From Myxococcota bacterium (GTDB taxonomy: Bacteria > Myxococcota_A > Polyangia > DASYRF01): a stretch of DNA of 64,000 nucleotides. The stretch is from positions 5,795 through 69,794 of the forward strand of contig DASYRF010000360.1 in assembly GCA_036004705.1 (NCBI GenBank), in the 5' to 3' direction. The stretch's first letter is position 1, and each line of letters begins with the position of its first letter. Positions 7,715 to 17,538 of the stretch are shown here, one piece after another. The notes under the pieces were generated by a model that was given only the letters and a program-made list of their open reading frames with translations, did not search any database and was not told the origin of the DNA. Both the position numbers and the translations under genes were made by a program.

Positions 7715-9949
7715 CTAGCCGGACTTACGCAAGCGGCGTCGGATGCGCCGCGACAGCAAAGCCACGCGCACGTGATCCTGCGGCTGGTCCCCCGCGCAGC
7801 CCACGGACAACCCGAACTGATCTCCGGGGTACTGGCTCGTCAACGTGGCGGCGGCCACCGTCGCGAAGGTGACGCCCGGAGCACCGAAATACAAATTGAC
7901 CGTGCCAGGAGTCGTATCGGCAGGACCCGATGCGCCCGAGCCCTGCGCGCCGACGACGAGGTCGGCGAAGCCGTCGCCGTTGAAGTCGGCCATCGAGACC
8001 GAACTGGCGAAGTACGGCGCCACGGGGCCAGGTCCTGGGAGCCCGTCGATATCCGCGTCGGGGGCGGGGTCGAGTCCCCCGGGTCCACCGCGGAAGAGGT
8101 ACGCGTGCTGCGCGCCCGGTGCGCCGACCCCCACGTCGTCGTAACCATCGCCATCGACGTCACCCCGTCCTCCGAGCGCGCCGCCCAGTCTTCCGCCAAG
8201 GACGGAACCTGTGAGGACGGCGTCGGCCGAGGCGTCGAACGCGGCGCCGGGACCGCCACGGTAGAGGTACACGGCCCCCGCGTCGACTCCGCCAGCATCG
8301 TCCTGGAGGGCCCCCACCACGATGTCCGCAAAGCCGTCGCCATCCACGTCTCCCGCCGACGCGACCGCCTGTCCGAACGAGTCGTCCGGGGTGGTCGCCG
8401 CGTTCGGGTCCGTCAGGACGGCGTCGGGGAGGTCGTCGAGCAACATCGCCGGCCCGCCGAAATAGACGCGGGCTTCCTCCCCGAGCCGGCTGCCCACCAC
8501 GATGTCGTCGTACCCGTCGCCGTTCACGTCACTGGCTGCAGCCACGGTGTGACCGAGCTCCATGCTGCCGGCACCCGCGAAGGTGAGGTCGGCCGTCGTG
8601 TCGAACGTCGGCCCGAGTCCCCCGAAGAACACATACGCCCGCCCCGAGGGATACAAACCGTCCCGTACGTTCGGCGCCCCCACGATGAGGTCCCCGAAGC
8701 CGTCACCGTTGACGTCACCGGCGGCGGCGACGGCGCGACCCAAGCCACCGTAGAGGACCAGCCCCGAAAGGATGCCGTCCGGAACTGTGTCGAACGAGGA
8801 GCCGGAGCCACCGAAGTAGACGTAGGCCCTGCCGCCCTGTACGAGGTCGACGGAGCTGTTGCCGGCCCCGACGACCACGTCCCCGAAGCCGTCGCCGTTC
8901 AGGTCGCCCGCTGCGGCCACGGAGGAGCCGAATTGCTCGTAGGTCCCTGCCCCGACGAGCGTGCCGTCGGCGACCGCGTCGAATGCCCCGGGCCCGCCAA
9001 AGAAAACGTACGCTTCGCCGGTAGGTCCCGCGCCGAGTGGAGCGTCGAAGGCGCCGACGACGAGATCGTCGTAGCCATCGCCGTTGAAGTCGCGGTTGAT
9101 CGGGCGGCCGGTGCACGCCGAGCGATCCAGGACGCACCCACCCGCACAGTCCATGACGCCGCCGATGTACCCCTCGCCTTCGCACGTGGCCCCGGCGACG
9201 TTTGCGCCGTCGCACTCCTCGCTCGGCGCGATCACACCGTCGCCGCAGCCTGGAGGCGGAGTGCAGCCGCTGGTGTCGAGGAACGCGCAGTAGGCGTTGC
9301 ACCCGAGCGATCCGCCGATGTAACCCTGGCTGATGGACGTGCAGTCGGCGCCGCCCACGTCGTCGCGGTCGCAGGCCTCACCGCCCTCGCGGATTCCGTT
9401 CCCGCAGGCGTGGCAGCCCGATGTGTCTAACAGGCACCCGGCCGAACAGGAGAGGGCGCCGCCGTCGAACCCGAGGTCTGCGCAGCTGACGCCTTCGAGG
9501 TTCGAGCCGTCGCACTCCTCGCCTGCGTCGACGACGCGATCGCCGCAGGTCGCCAGCTTGAAGCAGCCACCCGTATCGTAGGAGACGCAGTCCGGCCCGC
9601 AAGCGAGGCGACCCCCGGCGAAGCCACCGGTGGATTCACAGTCGGCGCCCCCGAGGTCGGCGCCGTCGCACGCCTCGCCCGGCCCGCGCACTCCGTCGCC
9701 GCACTCGGTTGGCGCCAAGCAGCGGCTCGTGTCGAAGGTGCAGTCCGTCCCGCAGGCGAGTGTGCCACCGGCGAATCTCGCGTCCACGCCGGTGCAATCC
9801 AGCCCCCCGAGGTCCGCGCCGTCGCAGGCTTCGCCGGGCTCCGCGACGCCATCTCCACAAACACCACCGGCGGCTGGCTGCGGGTCGCAGCCGCTTGCTG
9901 CGACGAGGACCGATGCGCTCCAAAGGCGAAAGACCGAGGGGCCGTTCAT
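7715..9949 (-). CDS. Lipoprotein with about 6 Myxococcales Cys-rich repeats (CGDGV..GEACDGADLGG.DC) followed by about 8 FG-GAP/integrin-alpha-like repeats (NGDGYDDLVVGA..). The C-terminal tail GCAGDQPQDHVRVALLSRRIRRRLRKSG looks like a MYXO-CTERM.
   Basis: ATG at 9949 checked. Lipobox LVAASGC. Repeat motifs read directly from the translation. Confidence 0.8.
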   Translation of the reverse strand: MNGPSVFRLWSASVLVAASGCDPQPAAGGVCGDGVAEPGEACDGADLGGLDCTGVDARFAGGTLACGTDCTFDTSRCLAPTECGDGVRGPGEACDGADLGGADCESTGGFAGGRLACGPDCVSYDTGGCFKLATCGDRVVDAGEECDGSNLEGVSCADLGFDGGALSCSAGCLLDTSGCHACGNGIREGGEACDRDDVGGADCTSISQGYIGGSLGCNAYCAFLDTSGCTPPPGCGDGVIAPSEECDGANVAGATCEGEGYIGGVMDCAGGCVLDRSACTGRPINRDFNGDGYDDLVVGAFDAPLGAGPTGEAYVFFGGPGAFDAVADGTLVGAGTYEQFGSSVAAAGDLNGDGFGDVVVGAGNSSVDLVQGGRAYVYFGGSGSSFDTVPDGILSGLVLYGGLGRAVAAAGDVNGDGFGDLIVGAPNVRDGLYPSGRAYVFFGGLGPTFDTTADLTFAGAGSMELGHTVAAASDVNGDGYDDIVVGSRLGEEARVYFGGPAMLLDDLPDAVLTDPNAATTPDDSFGQAVASAGDVDGDGFADIVVGALQDDAGGVDAGAVYLYRGGPGAAFDASADAVLTGSVLGGRLGGALGGRGDVDGDGYDDVGVGAPGAQHAYLFRGGPGGLDPAPDADIDGLPGPGPVAPYFASSVSMADFNGDGFADLVVGAQGSGASGPADTTPGTVNLYFGAPGVTFATVAAATLTSQYPGDQFGLSVGCAGDQPQDHVRVALLSRRIRRRLRKSG

Positions 9950-10068
9950 TGAAGGCCTTCCTGCGGCGAACGCCTACCCCGGCGTTGGGGAAGGCCCACC
10001 CCGCCATTGGGGAAGGCCCACCCCGCCATAGCCTAACACCCGGTTGCCACTTCTCCTACGTAATCTAC

Positions 10069-10857
10069 CTAATAGTAGAAGCTGGCTTCCAGCACCGCGG
10101 CCACGATGTTCGACGCGCCGTGGAACAGGGCGGGCGCCCAGACGGTGCCGGTGCGGGCGCGCAGCCAGCCGAAGACGAGGGCGGGGAAGAAGACGGCGAT
10201 GCGGTCGGGGCGGGCGTCGGCGGCGAGGTGGACCAGCGCGAAGAGCGCGGCGGCGACGGGGACGGCGGCGCCGACGTCCGCGCCGAGGACGCGCCAGCGC
10301 CGCGGGAAGACGTCGTCGAGTCGCCGCTGCAGGTAGCCGCGGAAGAGGAACTCCTCCGGCAGCGCCACCAGCGCCAGGTGCGTCAGCGCCAGCGCGGCGA
10401 AGTCGGCGGGCAGGCGGGCGGCGAACGGCCGGTGCAGGACCACGCCGTGCAGGACCCAGAAGCCGGCGGCGAAGAGCGGGAAGACGACGGCCCCGGCCGC
10501 CGCCGCCCAGGCGATCGCGCGCCCCAGGGGCTGCAGCCGCAGCGGCAGGTAGGTCTCGGCGTCCAGGCCGCGCCGCCAGACGACCGCGCTGGGCAGCCAC
10601 ACGAAGAGCACGGCGATGGCGAGCGAGAGGTTGCGGTCGAGCCACGGGACGCGCGGCGCGAGGCGCGCGAGCGCCACGGTGGCGGCGAAGGTGAGCGCCA
10701 GCACGACGCCCAGCTCCCCCCACGCGCCGGACGGCGGGTCCGGCGGCGCCGCCCGCGCGGGCGCCGGCGGCGCGGGCGCCCCGGCGGGCGCGTCAGCGCC
10801 GGCGGCGGAATCGTTCCGAGACGACACGGGACACGATGTAGACGACGGCCATCGCAA
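10069..10857 (-). CDS. CPBP-family (CAAX protease / Abi-like) intramembrane metalloprotease.
   Basis: EEFLFRGYL, FALVH and HGASN motifs in a polytopic membrane protein. The annotated start is a TTG and is uncertain; the real start may lie downstream, near the first transmembrane helix. Confidence 0.65.
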   Translation of the reverse strand: MRWPSSTSCPVSSRNDSAAGADAPAGAPAPPAPARAAPPDPPSGAWGELGVVLALTFAATVALARLAPRVPWLDRNLSLAIAVLFVWLPSAVVWRRGLDAETYLPLRLQPLGRAIAWAAAAGAVVFPLFAAGFWVLHGVVLHRPFAARLPADFAALALTHLALVALPEEFLFRGYLQRRLDDVFPRRWRVLGADVGAAVPVAAALFALVHLAADARPDRIAVFFPALVFGWLRARTGTVWAPALFHGASNIVAAVLEASFYY

Positions 10858-10905
10858 GCACGGCGAGCAGGAGCTTCCAGTCGCCGCCCATGCCGCCCTC
10901 CCCGC

Positions 10906-11388
10906 CTAGCGGATGCCGCTCTCGCGCTCGGAGCTGAGGACCGTGACGGCGGCGATGAGCTTGGCGGCGGCGGTGTCGGCGCGCTTCAAGAGCTCGCTGC
11001 GCGCCGGCTCGTACTCGGCGACCAGCGCCTCCACGCGCTTGGCCCCCTCGGGCGACACCAGCTTCTGCGCCGCGCGCAGCTCGTTGAGGGCGTTGTCCAG
11101 GAACTCGCCGGCGGTGCCGAAGTTGGCGATCCGCACCTCGAGCGCGCTGCGGTAGCTCCACTCGACGGCCTTGGCGAGGTGCAGGTCGATCTCCGTCCCC
11201 TTCTTCGTCGCGTCGCAGTCGGTCTTGAGCTTCGCCAGCTCGCTGTCGCAGAAGGTCGCCTTGTCGGTGGCGGCCTTCACGGCGTTCTCGGCGGCGGTCT
11301 TGGCGTCGGCCGCGCCGGCCGAGCCCAGGAAGTAGCCCGACGCCAGCCCCGCGACCAGGAGCCCGCTGCCGATGCCGATGAAGATCAT
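10906..11388 (-). CDS. Membrane-anchored hypothetical protein (MIFIGIGSGLLVAGLASGYFLG.., then a helical soluble part).
   Basis: N-terminal TM helix, diverse K/E/A-rich composition. Same strand as the CPBP protease, just upstream of it. Confidence 0.5.
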   Translation of the reverse strand: MIFIGIGSGLLVAGLASGYFLGSAGAADAKTAAENAVKAATDKATFCDSELAKLKTDCDATKKGTEIDLHLAKAVEWSYRSALEVRIANFGTAGEFLDNALNELRAAQKLVSPEGAKRVEALVAEYEPARSELLKRADTAAAKLIAAVTVLSSERESGIR

Positions 11389-11627
11389 CGTCCTGGAGCG
11401 TCCCTCTTCGCCCGGTGCGGCCATTCATCCCTCCGGCGCGCGCGGCGCTGCCGCGGCGCGCGACCCGAGTACCATCGCCCCCCCGGCGGGTCAAGGCACC
11501 GGCGGAGCCGAAGGCGGACGCTGCCGGCCACGGCGAAGGGACGAGCCTGGAGGCGGTTCCGGCGCGGCTCCGGTGCCCGCTCCAGCCCAGCCGGGCACAA
11601 TCATCTATAGTCCCCGAAGGAGGGTCC

Positions 11628-13286
11628 ATGGATCCACGCCCGCTGATCCCGCTTCGCTGTGGCTTCATCTTTGCCGCCGCCGCCCTCTTCGCCAGCGCGA
11701 GCACGGCCGGCTGCCGCTGCGGGAGCGCGACTGAATCGGATGCCGGCGACGCTCAGCCGGGCGGCGACGGCGGCCCTGACGCGTCGGCAGACGCGGGTGC
11801 GTCCGACGCCGCTGCCTGCCCGATCTACACGGACCTCTGCGGCGGCGCGTGCATCCCGACCAGCGTGGACCCGGTGAACTGCGGCGACTGCGACGTGACC
11901 TGCACCGGCGCGCTCGCCTGCTCGGCAGGCGCCTGCTCGGCGACCTGCCTCTCGGGACAGACGGCCTGCGACAACTCGTGCGTGGATATCCTGACGAGCA
12001 ACGCCCACTGTGGCGGGTGCGATGCCCCCTGCGATCCAGGCGACGGCTGCGGCGACGGCACCTGCGTCCCCGCGCTCATCACGGCTGCGCCGCCCGCCAT
12101 GTGCGCGGAAGGCGGCCCGCCCATCGTCGTCGGGGGGACTGAGACGTCCTGCATCGCCGTCACGTCGTTCACCTGGGCGCTCTGCTCCTGCACGGACGTG
12201 CAGCTCAGCGCGCCGCTTCTCACCGACGCCTACGACAGCTCGATGGGGCCGTACACGCCGCCCGGCGGCCTCGGCGCGGGCGTGGGGCTGAACGAGCTCT
12301 TCATGACCAGCTCCACCGCGGACGTCAGCGGCGCCCTGTGGGCGTCGTCGACGGCCGGCATCGGCACGAGCAACGACCTCACCGTGCGCCAGGAGCTTCA
12401 CTCCGGGGGGGACTTCACTCTGAGCGCGCCGGGGATCGTCGGCGCGGACGCCTTCGTCAACGGAGACGTGTCCACTCCGATGACGCTCGACATCGCCGGA
12501 GACCTGCACGTCCCCGCCGGAGCGGCGGTCTCGGCCGGGGTGACGTACGCATCGCTGGTCACCGGGCCCGTGACGGTGCCGCCCCCTTGCGACTGCGACC
12601 CCGCCGACCTCGTGGACATCGCGGGCATCGTCGCCGCGCACACGACCATGAACGACAACGCGCTCATCGGGCTCGACCCGACCGCCACGACCAACCCGAT
12701 GTCGGCGGTGCGCATCGACCTCCCCTGCGGCCACTATTATCTCGACGCCGTCACCGGGAGCCGCGACGTGACGATTGTCGCGCACGGCAACACGGCGCTC
12801 TACGTCGGCGGCGACGTGCAGCTCAGCCAGTCGTTCCGCGTCACCGTCGACCCCGGTTTCTCGCTCGACGTCTTCATCGCCGGCGACCTCAGCGTGTCGT
12901 CCGGCTCCAGCTTCGGGTCGCCGAACTATCCGGCGATGACCCGCGTGTACATCGGCGGGGCCAACGGGTTCTCGATGAGCGCGGGCTCGCTCTTCGGCGC
13001 CTTCTTCTACGCCGCTTACGGGCCGGTCATGACCTCGGGCGACATCGAGGTCTTCGGGGGGGTCTTCGCCGGGGACTTCGGGGCCTCGGCGGGCACGACT
13101 ATCCACTACGACCTGGCCGTGCTCGACCTGCCCGGCGACTGCACGAATCCCGGTGGCTGCGACTCCTGTGCCGACTGCGGGAACCAGGCGTGTATCGCCG
13201 GCGCCTGCGGCGCCTGCACCGATTCCAGCCAGTGCTGCGCGCCGCTCCTCTGCGTCAGCGGTGTATGCATGGCGTACATCCCCTGA
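11628..13286 (+). CDS. Cys-rich secreted lipoprotein, 552 aa, with predicted beta-helix-like repeats.
   Basis: ATG at 11628 checked. Lipobox ASASTAGC. N-terminal Cys-knot-like repeats (CGGACIPTSVDPVNCGDCDVTC; CDNSCVDILTSNAHCGGCDAPC). C-terminal CADCGNQACIAGACGACTDSSQCCAPLLCVSGVC. A middle region of repetitive G/S/V/D strands. Confidence 0.65.
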   Translation: MDPRPLIPLRCGFIFAAAALFASASTAGCRCGSATESDAGDAQPGGDGGPDASADAGASDAAACPIYTDLCGGACIPTSVDPVNCGDCDVTCTGALACSAGACSATCLSGQTACDNSCVDILTSNAHCGGCDAPCDPGDGCGDGTCVPALITAAPPAMCAEGGPPIVVGGTETSCIAVTSFTWALCSCTDVQLSAPLLTDAYDSSMGPYTPPGGLGAGVGLNELFMTSSTADVSGALWASSTAGIGTSNDLTVRQELHSGGDFTLSAPGIVGADAFVNGDVSTPMTLDIAGDLHVPAGAAVSAGVTYASLVTGPVTVPPPCDCDPADLVDIAGIVAAHTTMNDNALIGLDPTATTNPMSAVRIDLPCGHYYLDAVTGSRDVTIVAHGNTALYVGGDVQLSQSFRVTVDPGFSLDVFIAGDLSVSSGSSFGSPNYPAMTRVYIGGANGFSMSAGSLFGAFFYAAYGPVMTSGDIEVFGGVFAGDFGASAGTTIHYDLAVLDLPGDCTNPGGCDSCADCGNQACIAGACGACTDSSQCCAPLLCVSGVCMAYIP

Positions 13287-13460
13287 CCGGCGCGACGCCG
13301 GAGCCGCAGCTGGAGCCAGCGCCGCGGTCGGAGCGGCGCCCGAGCAACAACTGAGCCGAGACCGGACCCTGTCTTACTAGGGTTATGCGCGGGATCGTTG
13401 ATGGAAGTCCGCCCCGGAGGGTATGCTCGTCGGAGCGGGGACACCCGTCGGGGAGGCGCA

Positions 13461-13931
13461 ATGGGTCTGGCGGTAACGCGCGAATCGCGGTTGTACATGC
13501 TCGTCGGCCGGCGGACGTGCGCCATTCCGACGTCGAGCGTGGTGGAGACGATGCGCCCGCTTCCCGTCGAGCGGCTGGGACGTGGACCCGCCTTCCTGCG
13601 CGGGGTGGCCGTCATCCGCGGGGCGCCGGTGCCGGTCCTCGACCTGGATGCGCTGCTGGGCGGGGACGGCGAGGCGGCGGCGGCGCGCTTCGTCGTCGTG
13701 CGCGCGTCCGCCGATCGCCGCGCCGCGCTGGCGGTGGGTGCGGTCCTCGGCGTGCGTGACCTTCTGCCTGAGGCGCTGGAGGAGATGCCGCCACTGCTGC
13801 GCCAGGCGACCGCGGACGCGGTCGACGCGATCGGGACGCTCGACGCCGCGCTGCTGGTGGTGCTGGGGTCCGCGCGCCTCGTGCCAGAGTCCGTCTGGGA
13901 GGGCTTGGCGGCCGGGCAGGCCGGTCCGTGA
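13461..13931 (+). CDS. cheW: CheW-like coupling protein.
   Basis: MGLAVTRESRLYMLVGRRTCAIPTSSVVETMRPLPVERLGRGPAFLRGVAVIRGAPVPVLDLDALLG.. is the typical CheW domain. ATG at 13461 checked. Confidence 0.8.
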   Translation: MGLAVTRESRLYMLVGRRTCAIPTSSVVETMRPLPVERLGRGPAFLRGVAVIRGAPVPVLDLDALLGGDGEAAAARFVVVRASADRRAALAVGAVLGVRDLLPEALEEMPPLLRQATADAVDAIGTLDAALLVVLGSARLVPESVWEGLAAGQAGP

Positions 13932-15463
13932 GCTTCGACCCCGGCGAAGGCGCCCTCGAGCGTTTCCGCGCGCTCGTGGCCGCGCGGCTGGGGCTGCAGC
14001 ACGACGAGTCAAAGCTGGGATTCCTGGCGGAGGTCCTGCGGCGGCGCGCCGAGCTGGCGGGCGCTTCGGTCGGGTCCTACCTGCAGCGCCTCGAGGCGGC
14101 GGACGGCGCGCGCGAGGAGCTGCGCGCGCTCGTGCCCGAGCTGACCGTCACCGAGACCTACTTCTTCCGCCATCGCGATCAGCTCCGCGCCTTCGCCGAG
14201 CTGGTCGTCCCCGAGCGGCTTCAGGCGGCGGCACGCCGGCCGCTGCGGGTGCTGTCCGCCGGTTGCGCCTCCGGCGAAGAGCCCTACACGCTGGCGATGC
14301 TCTTGCTGGAGCAGCTCGGCCCGGCCGCGGCGGGCACGGTGGCGATCCGTGCCGTCGACGTGAACGCGACGATGCTGGAGCGCGCGGGTCGCGCCCGTTA
14401 CGGCCCGTGGTCCTTGCGCGAGACGCCCGCCGATGCGCAACGGCGCTGGTTCGAGCACGCGTCTCGCGATCTCGTCGTCCGCGGCGAGGTCCGCGCGCTG
14501 GTGGAGCTGCAGGAGGCGAACCTCGCGGGCGACGACCCGGTGCTCTGGCGTGCGGCGTCGTACGACGTGGTCTTCTGCCGCAACGTCCTCATGTACTTCA
14601 CGCCCGAGCAGGCGCAGGCGGCGGTGGCGCGCGTCGCCCGCGCGCTCGTTCCGGGCGGGTATCTGTTCCTCGGCCACGCCGAGACGCTGCGCGGACTCTC
14701 GCAGGACTTTCACCTGCGCCACACGCACGAGGCCTTCTACTATCAGCGTCGCGGCGCCGGCGAGGCGGCCTGCCCCCCGGAGCCCTCGGCCGCGCTGGGC
14801 GCTCCGCTGGCCGCCGCCCTGGAGGGTGCGGATTCGTGGGTGGACGCCATCCGCAGGGCCACCGACCGGATCGAGGACCTGGCGGGCGGTGCCCCTGCTG
14901 TACGGGCGCCGGCGCCCGCGGTGGCTGGACGGGACCTGAATCGTTCAGGCGCGTCGTGGGACCTGCGCCACGCCCTGGAGCTCCTGCGCCAGGAGCGGTT
15001 CGACGAGGCGCTGGTGCGCGTCGGCGACCTGCCGGCGGACGCCGCCCGCGACCCGGACGTGCTGCTGCTGCGCGCCGCCCTGCTGGCGCACCGTGGCGCG
15101 CTCGACGACGCGGAGCAGGTCTGTCGCGAGCTCTTGGCGCGCGACGAGATGAGCGCCGGCGCCCACTACATCTTGGCGCTTTGCCGCGAGGGCGCGGGCG
15201 ACCGCGCGGGCGCGCGGCACCACGACCAGGTCGCGGCGTACCTCGATCCGGCATTCGCCATGCCGCGCCTTCACCTGGGGCTCATGGCGCGCCGTGCCGG
15301 CGAGGTCGACGCGGCCCGCGGCGAGCTGGGGCAAGCGCTGAGCCTGCTGCAGGCCGAGGAGGCCGCGCGCATCATCCTGTTCGGCGGGGGCTTCGGCCGC
15401 GAAGCGCTCTTGGCCCTCTGCCGCGGCGAGCTGGCCGCGCTCGAGGCACGCCGTGGCCGCTGA
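13928..15463 (+). CDS. cheR: CheR-type chemotaxis methyltransferase with a C-terminal TPR region.
   Basis: ETYFFRHRDQLRAF.., LRVLSAGCASGEEPYTLAML.., VVFCRNVLMYF (SAM-dependent MTase CheR motifs). GTG start overlaps the cheW stop in a GTGA arrangement. Confidence 0.85.
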   Translation: MSFDPGEGALERFRALVAARLGLQHDESKLGFLAEVLRRRAELAGASVGSYLQRLEAADGAREELRALVPELTVTETYFFRHRDQLRAFAELVVPERLQAAARRPLRVLSAGCASGEEPYTLAMLLLEQLGPAAAGTVAIRAVDVNATMLERAGRARYGPWSLRETPADAQRRWFEHASRDLVVRGEVRALVELQEANLAGDDPVLWRAASYDVVFCRNVLMYFTPEQAQAAVARVARALVPGGYLFLGHAETLRGLSQDFHLRHTHEAFYYQRRGAGEAACPPEPSAALGAPLAAALEGADSWVDAIRRATDRIEDLAGGAPAVRAPAPAVAGRDLNRSGASWDLRHALELLRQERFDEALVRVGDLPADAARDPDVLLLRAALLAHRGALDDAEQVCRELLARDEMSAGAHYILALCREGAGDRAGARHHDQVAAYLDPAFAMPRLHLGLMARRAGEVDAARGELGQALSLLQAEEAARIILFGGGFGREALLALCRGELAALEARRGR

Positions 15464-15992
15464 CCGCTCCACCGCGGCGGGTCTCGCGGCCGCGTTGCGC
15501 CAGGCGTTCGACCGCTCGTTCGCCGAGCCGGCACGCCGGGACGCGGACGACCTCGTCGAGCTGCTGGCGGTGCGCGTCGGCGGCGACCCCTACGCTCTGC
15601 CGCTGGCGGAAGGCGCGGGGCTCTTCGCGGGCCGGCCCGTCGTGCCGGTGCCTGGGCCCCTGCCCGAGCTCCTGGGCGTGGCCGGCGTGCGCGGCCTGCT
15701 CGTCCCGGTCTACTCCCTTCGGGCGCTGCTCGGCTACCCGGGCGCGGAGGCGCCGCGCTGGATCTTCGTCGTGCGCTCCGCCGAGGCGCTGGCGGTGGCG
15801 TTCGACCAGATCGAGGGCCACCGCCGCGTGGCGCGCGCCTCCGTGGCGCCGCTGGCGCGCCCCGCCGCGCGGTTGCACGTCGTCGAGGCGGCGCGCCTGG
15901 AAGGTGAGGTCCGACCGATCGTCAGCCTCGCGTCGGTGATCCAGGCCATCCAACAGCGGGCACGCCCCGCGGTGCCACCCAAGGAGCGATGA
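15453..15992 (+). CDS. Second CheW-like domain protein.
   Basis: DLVELLAVRVGGDPYALPLAEGAGLFAGRPVVPVPGPLPELLGVAGVRGLLVPVYSLRALLG has the CheW-domain architecture. GTG start overlaps the cheR 3' end. Confidence 0.7.
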   Translation: MAADRSTAAGLAAALRQAFDRSFAEPARRDADDLVELLAVRVGGDPYALPLAEGAGLFAGRPVVPVPGPLPELLGVAGVRGLLVPVYSLRALLGYPGAEAPRWIFVVRSAEALAVAFDQIEGHRRVARASVAPLARPAARLHVVEAARLEGEVRPIVSLASVIQAIQQRARPAVPPKER

Positions 15993-15995
15993 CCC

Positions 15996-17468
15996 ATGGG
16001 CCAGAACTGGACGTTCGGGAGGAAGGTAGGCCTCGGCTTCGCCGCCGTCGTGGCGCTCGCCGTCGCCCTCGGGGCGGTGGCCGTCTACGCGCTGCGCGCG
16101 GTCACCGCCGCCAAGGACCGCGTGATCGAGGTCGACGCGCAGCAGCTCATCGACGCCGAAGCGGTGACGGCGGCGCTCGAGCGCAAGAGCGCTTCACTGC
16201 GAGCGTTCCTGCTGATGGGCACGGGGAAGTACCTCGACGACGTGACCGCCGCCCGCGAGGAGTTCAGCGCCACGCTCGAACGGCTGCGCGCCGCCGTCCG
16301 CACGGACGAAGGCCGGGCCGCAGTGGACGGAATCGGGAAGGCGGAGGCCGCCCATCGGGCGGCCGCGGACAGCGTGATCGCGCTGAAGAAGTCGGGCGCG
16401 GCCGTGGAGGAGATCGAACGCGTCTTCGACGCCGAGATGGCGCCGAAGCGCGTGGCGCTGCGTGACGCGGTGAAGGCCTTCGTCGTGAACGAGCGAGCGC
16501 TGCTGGACGCCGCCAAGACGGCGGCCAGCGACAGCGCGGCGAGCGCGATCACGCTGGTGATGGTCATCGCCGCGGGCGCGCTCCTCCTGGCGTTCGCGCT
16601 GGCCCTCGTCTTGACGCGCTCGCTCGGCCGGCAGATCGGGACCGCCGTCGGCCAGGTTCAGAGCTCGTCCGGCGAGCTGCAGGCGGCGGCCACGCAGCAG
16701 GCGACCGGCGCCAAGGAGCAGTCGACGGCGATGGCGGAGATCACCACCACCATCAGCGAGCTCTTGGCGACGTCCCGGCAGATCGCCGAGAGCGCGCAGC
16801 GCGTGGCGCGCATCGCCGGCGACACGGCCGGCGCCGCCCGCAGCGGGCAGGCGACGGTCGAGCGGGCGGACGAAGCGGTGGGCGCGATCCGCCGGCAGGT
16901 CGAGCTCATCGTCGGCCACATGCTCGACCTCGGCAAGAAGTCGCAGCAGATCGGCGCGGTCCTCGAAATCGTCGCCGAGCTCGCCGAGCAGACGAACATC
17001 CTGGCCATCAACGCCACCATCGAGGCGGCGGGCGCGGGCGAAGCGGGGCGGCGCTTCGCGGTCGTCGCCGACGAGATCCGCAAGCTCTCCGACCGCGTGG
17101 CCAGCTCCACCAAGGAGATCCGCGGGCTCATCGACGACGTCCGCGGCGCGGTGAACACCACCGTGATGGCCACCGAGAGCGGCGCCAAGGCGGTCGACTC
17201 CGGCACCCGTCAGTTCGCCGACGTCGCCAGCGCCTTCAAGCAGATCGTAGACCTCATCTCCACCACGACTGAGGCGGCGCGCGAAATCGAGCTGTCCACC
17301 AAGCAGCAGACTACGGCCGTGGAGCAGGTGAACCAGGCCATCGCCAACGTCGCCCAGGCGACCCGCGAGACGGAGGCCAGCTCCGGCCAGACGCTGCAGA
17401 CGGCGTCCCAGCTCGCGGCGCTTTCCCGGGACCTGCACCTTCTGGTGCGGCCCGCGGCGGCGGCTTGA
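15996..17468 (+). CDS. Methyl-accepting chemotaxis protein.
   Basis: N-terminal helical sensor with a TM helix, a HAMP-like region, the highly conserved signalling hairpin (..[38 protein letters not shown]..) and methylation heptads. RBS AAGGAG upstream. Confidence 0.9.
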   Translation: MGQNWTFGRKVGLGFAAVVALAVALGAVAVYALRAVTAAKDRVIEVDAQQLIDAEAVTAALERKSASLRAFLLMGTGKYLDDVTAAREEFSATLERLRAAVRTDEGRAAVDGIGKAEAAHRAAADSVIALKKSGAAVEEIERVFDAEMAPKRVALRDAVKAFVVNERALLDAAKTAASDSAASAITLVMVIAAGALLLAFALALVLTRSLGRQIGTAVGQVQSSSGELQAAATQQATGAKEQSTAMAEITTTISELLATSRQIAESAQRVARIAGDTAGAARSGQATVERADEAVGAIRRQVELIVGHMLDLGKKSQQIGAVLEIVAELAEQTNILAINATIEAAGAGEAGRRFAVVADEIRKLSDRVASSTKEIRGLIDDVRGAVNTTVMATESGAKAVDSGTRQFADVASAFKQIVDLISTTTEAAREIELSTKQQTTAVEQVNQAIANVAQATRETEASSGQTLQTASQLAALSRDLHLLVRPAAAA

Positions 17469-17538
17469 GAACCGGTTCCGACACCGCGGCGGCGGGGCGC
17501 GCGGCGCAGGCCTGTCGGAGGCGCGCCGGGGTGCGGCG

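Noticed and set aside
9709-11704. 633-aa (+) and 303-aa (-) ORFs spanning the CPBP gene region.
   Set aside because: Poly-R / poly-G low complexity. They conflict with the CPBP and membrane-protein genes, which have recognisable motifs.
13582-15939. 785-aa alternative-frame ORF across cheW and cheR.
   Set aside because: Arg/Pro/Ala-rich frame artefact. The CheW and CheR frames carry the diagnostic motifs.
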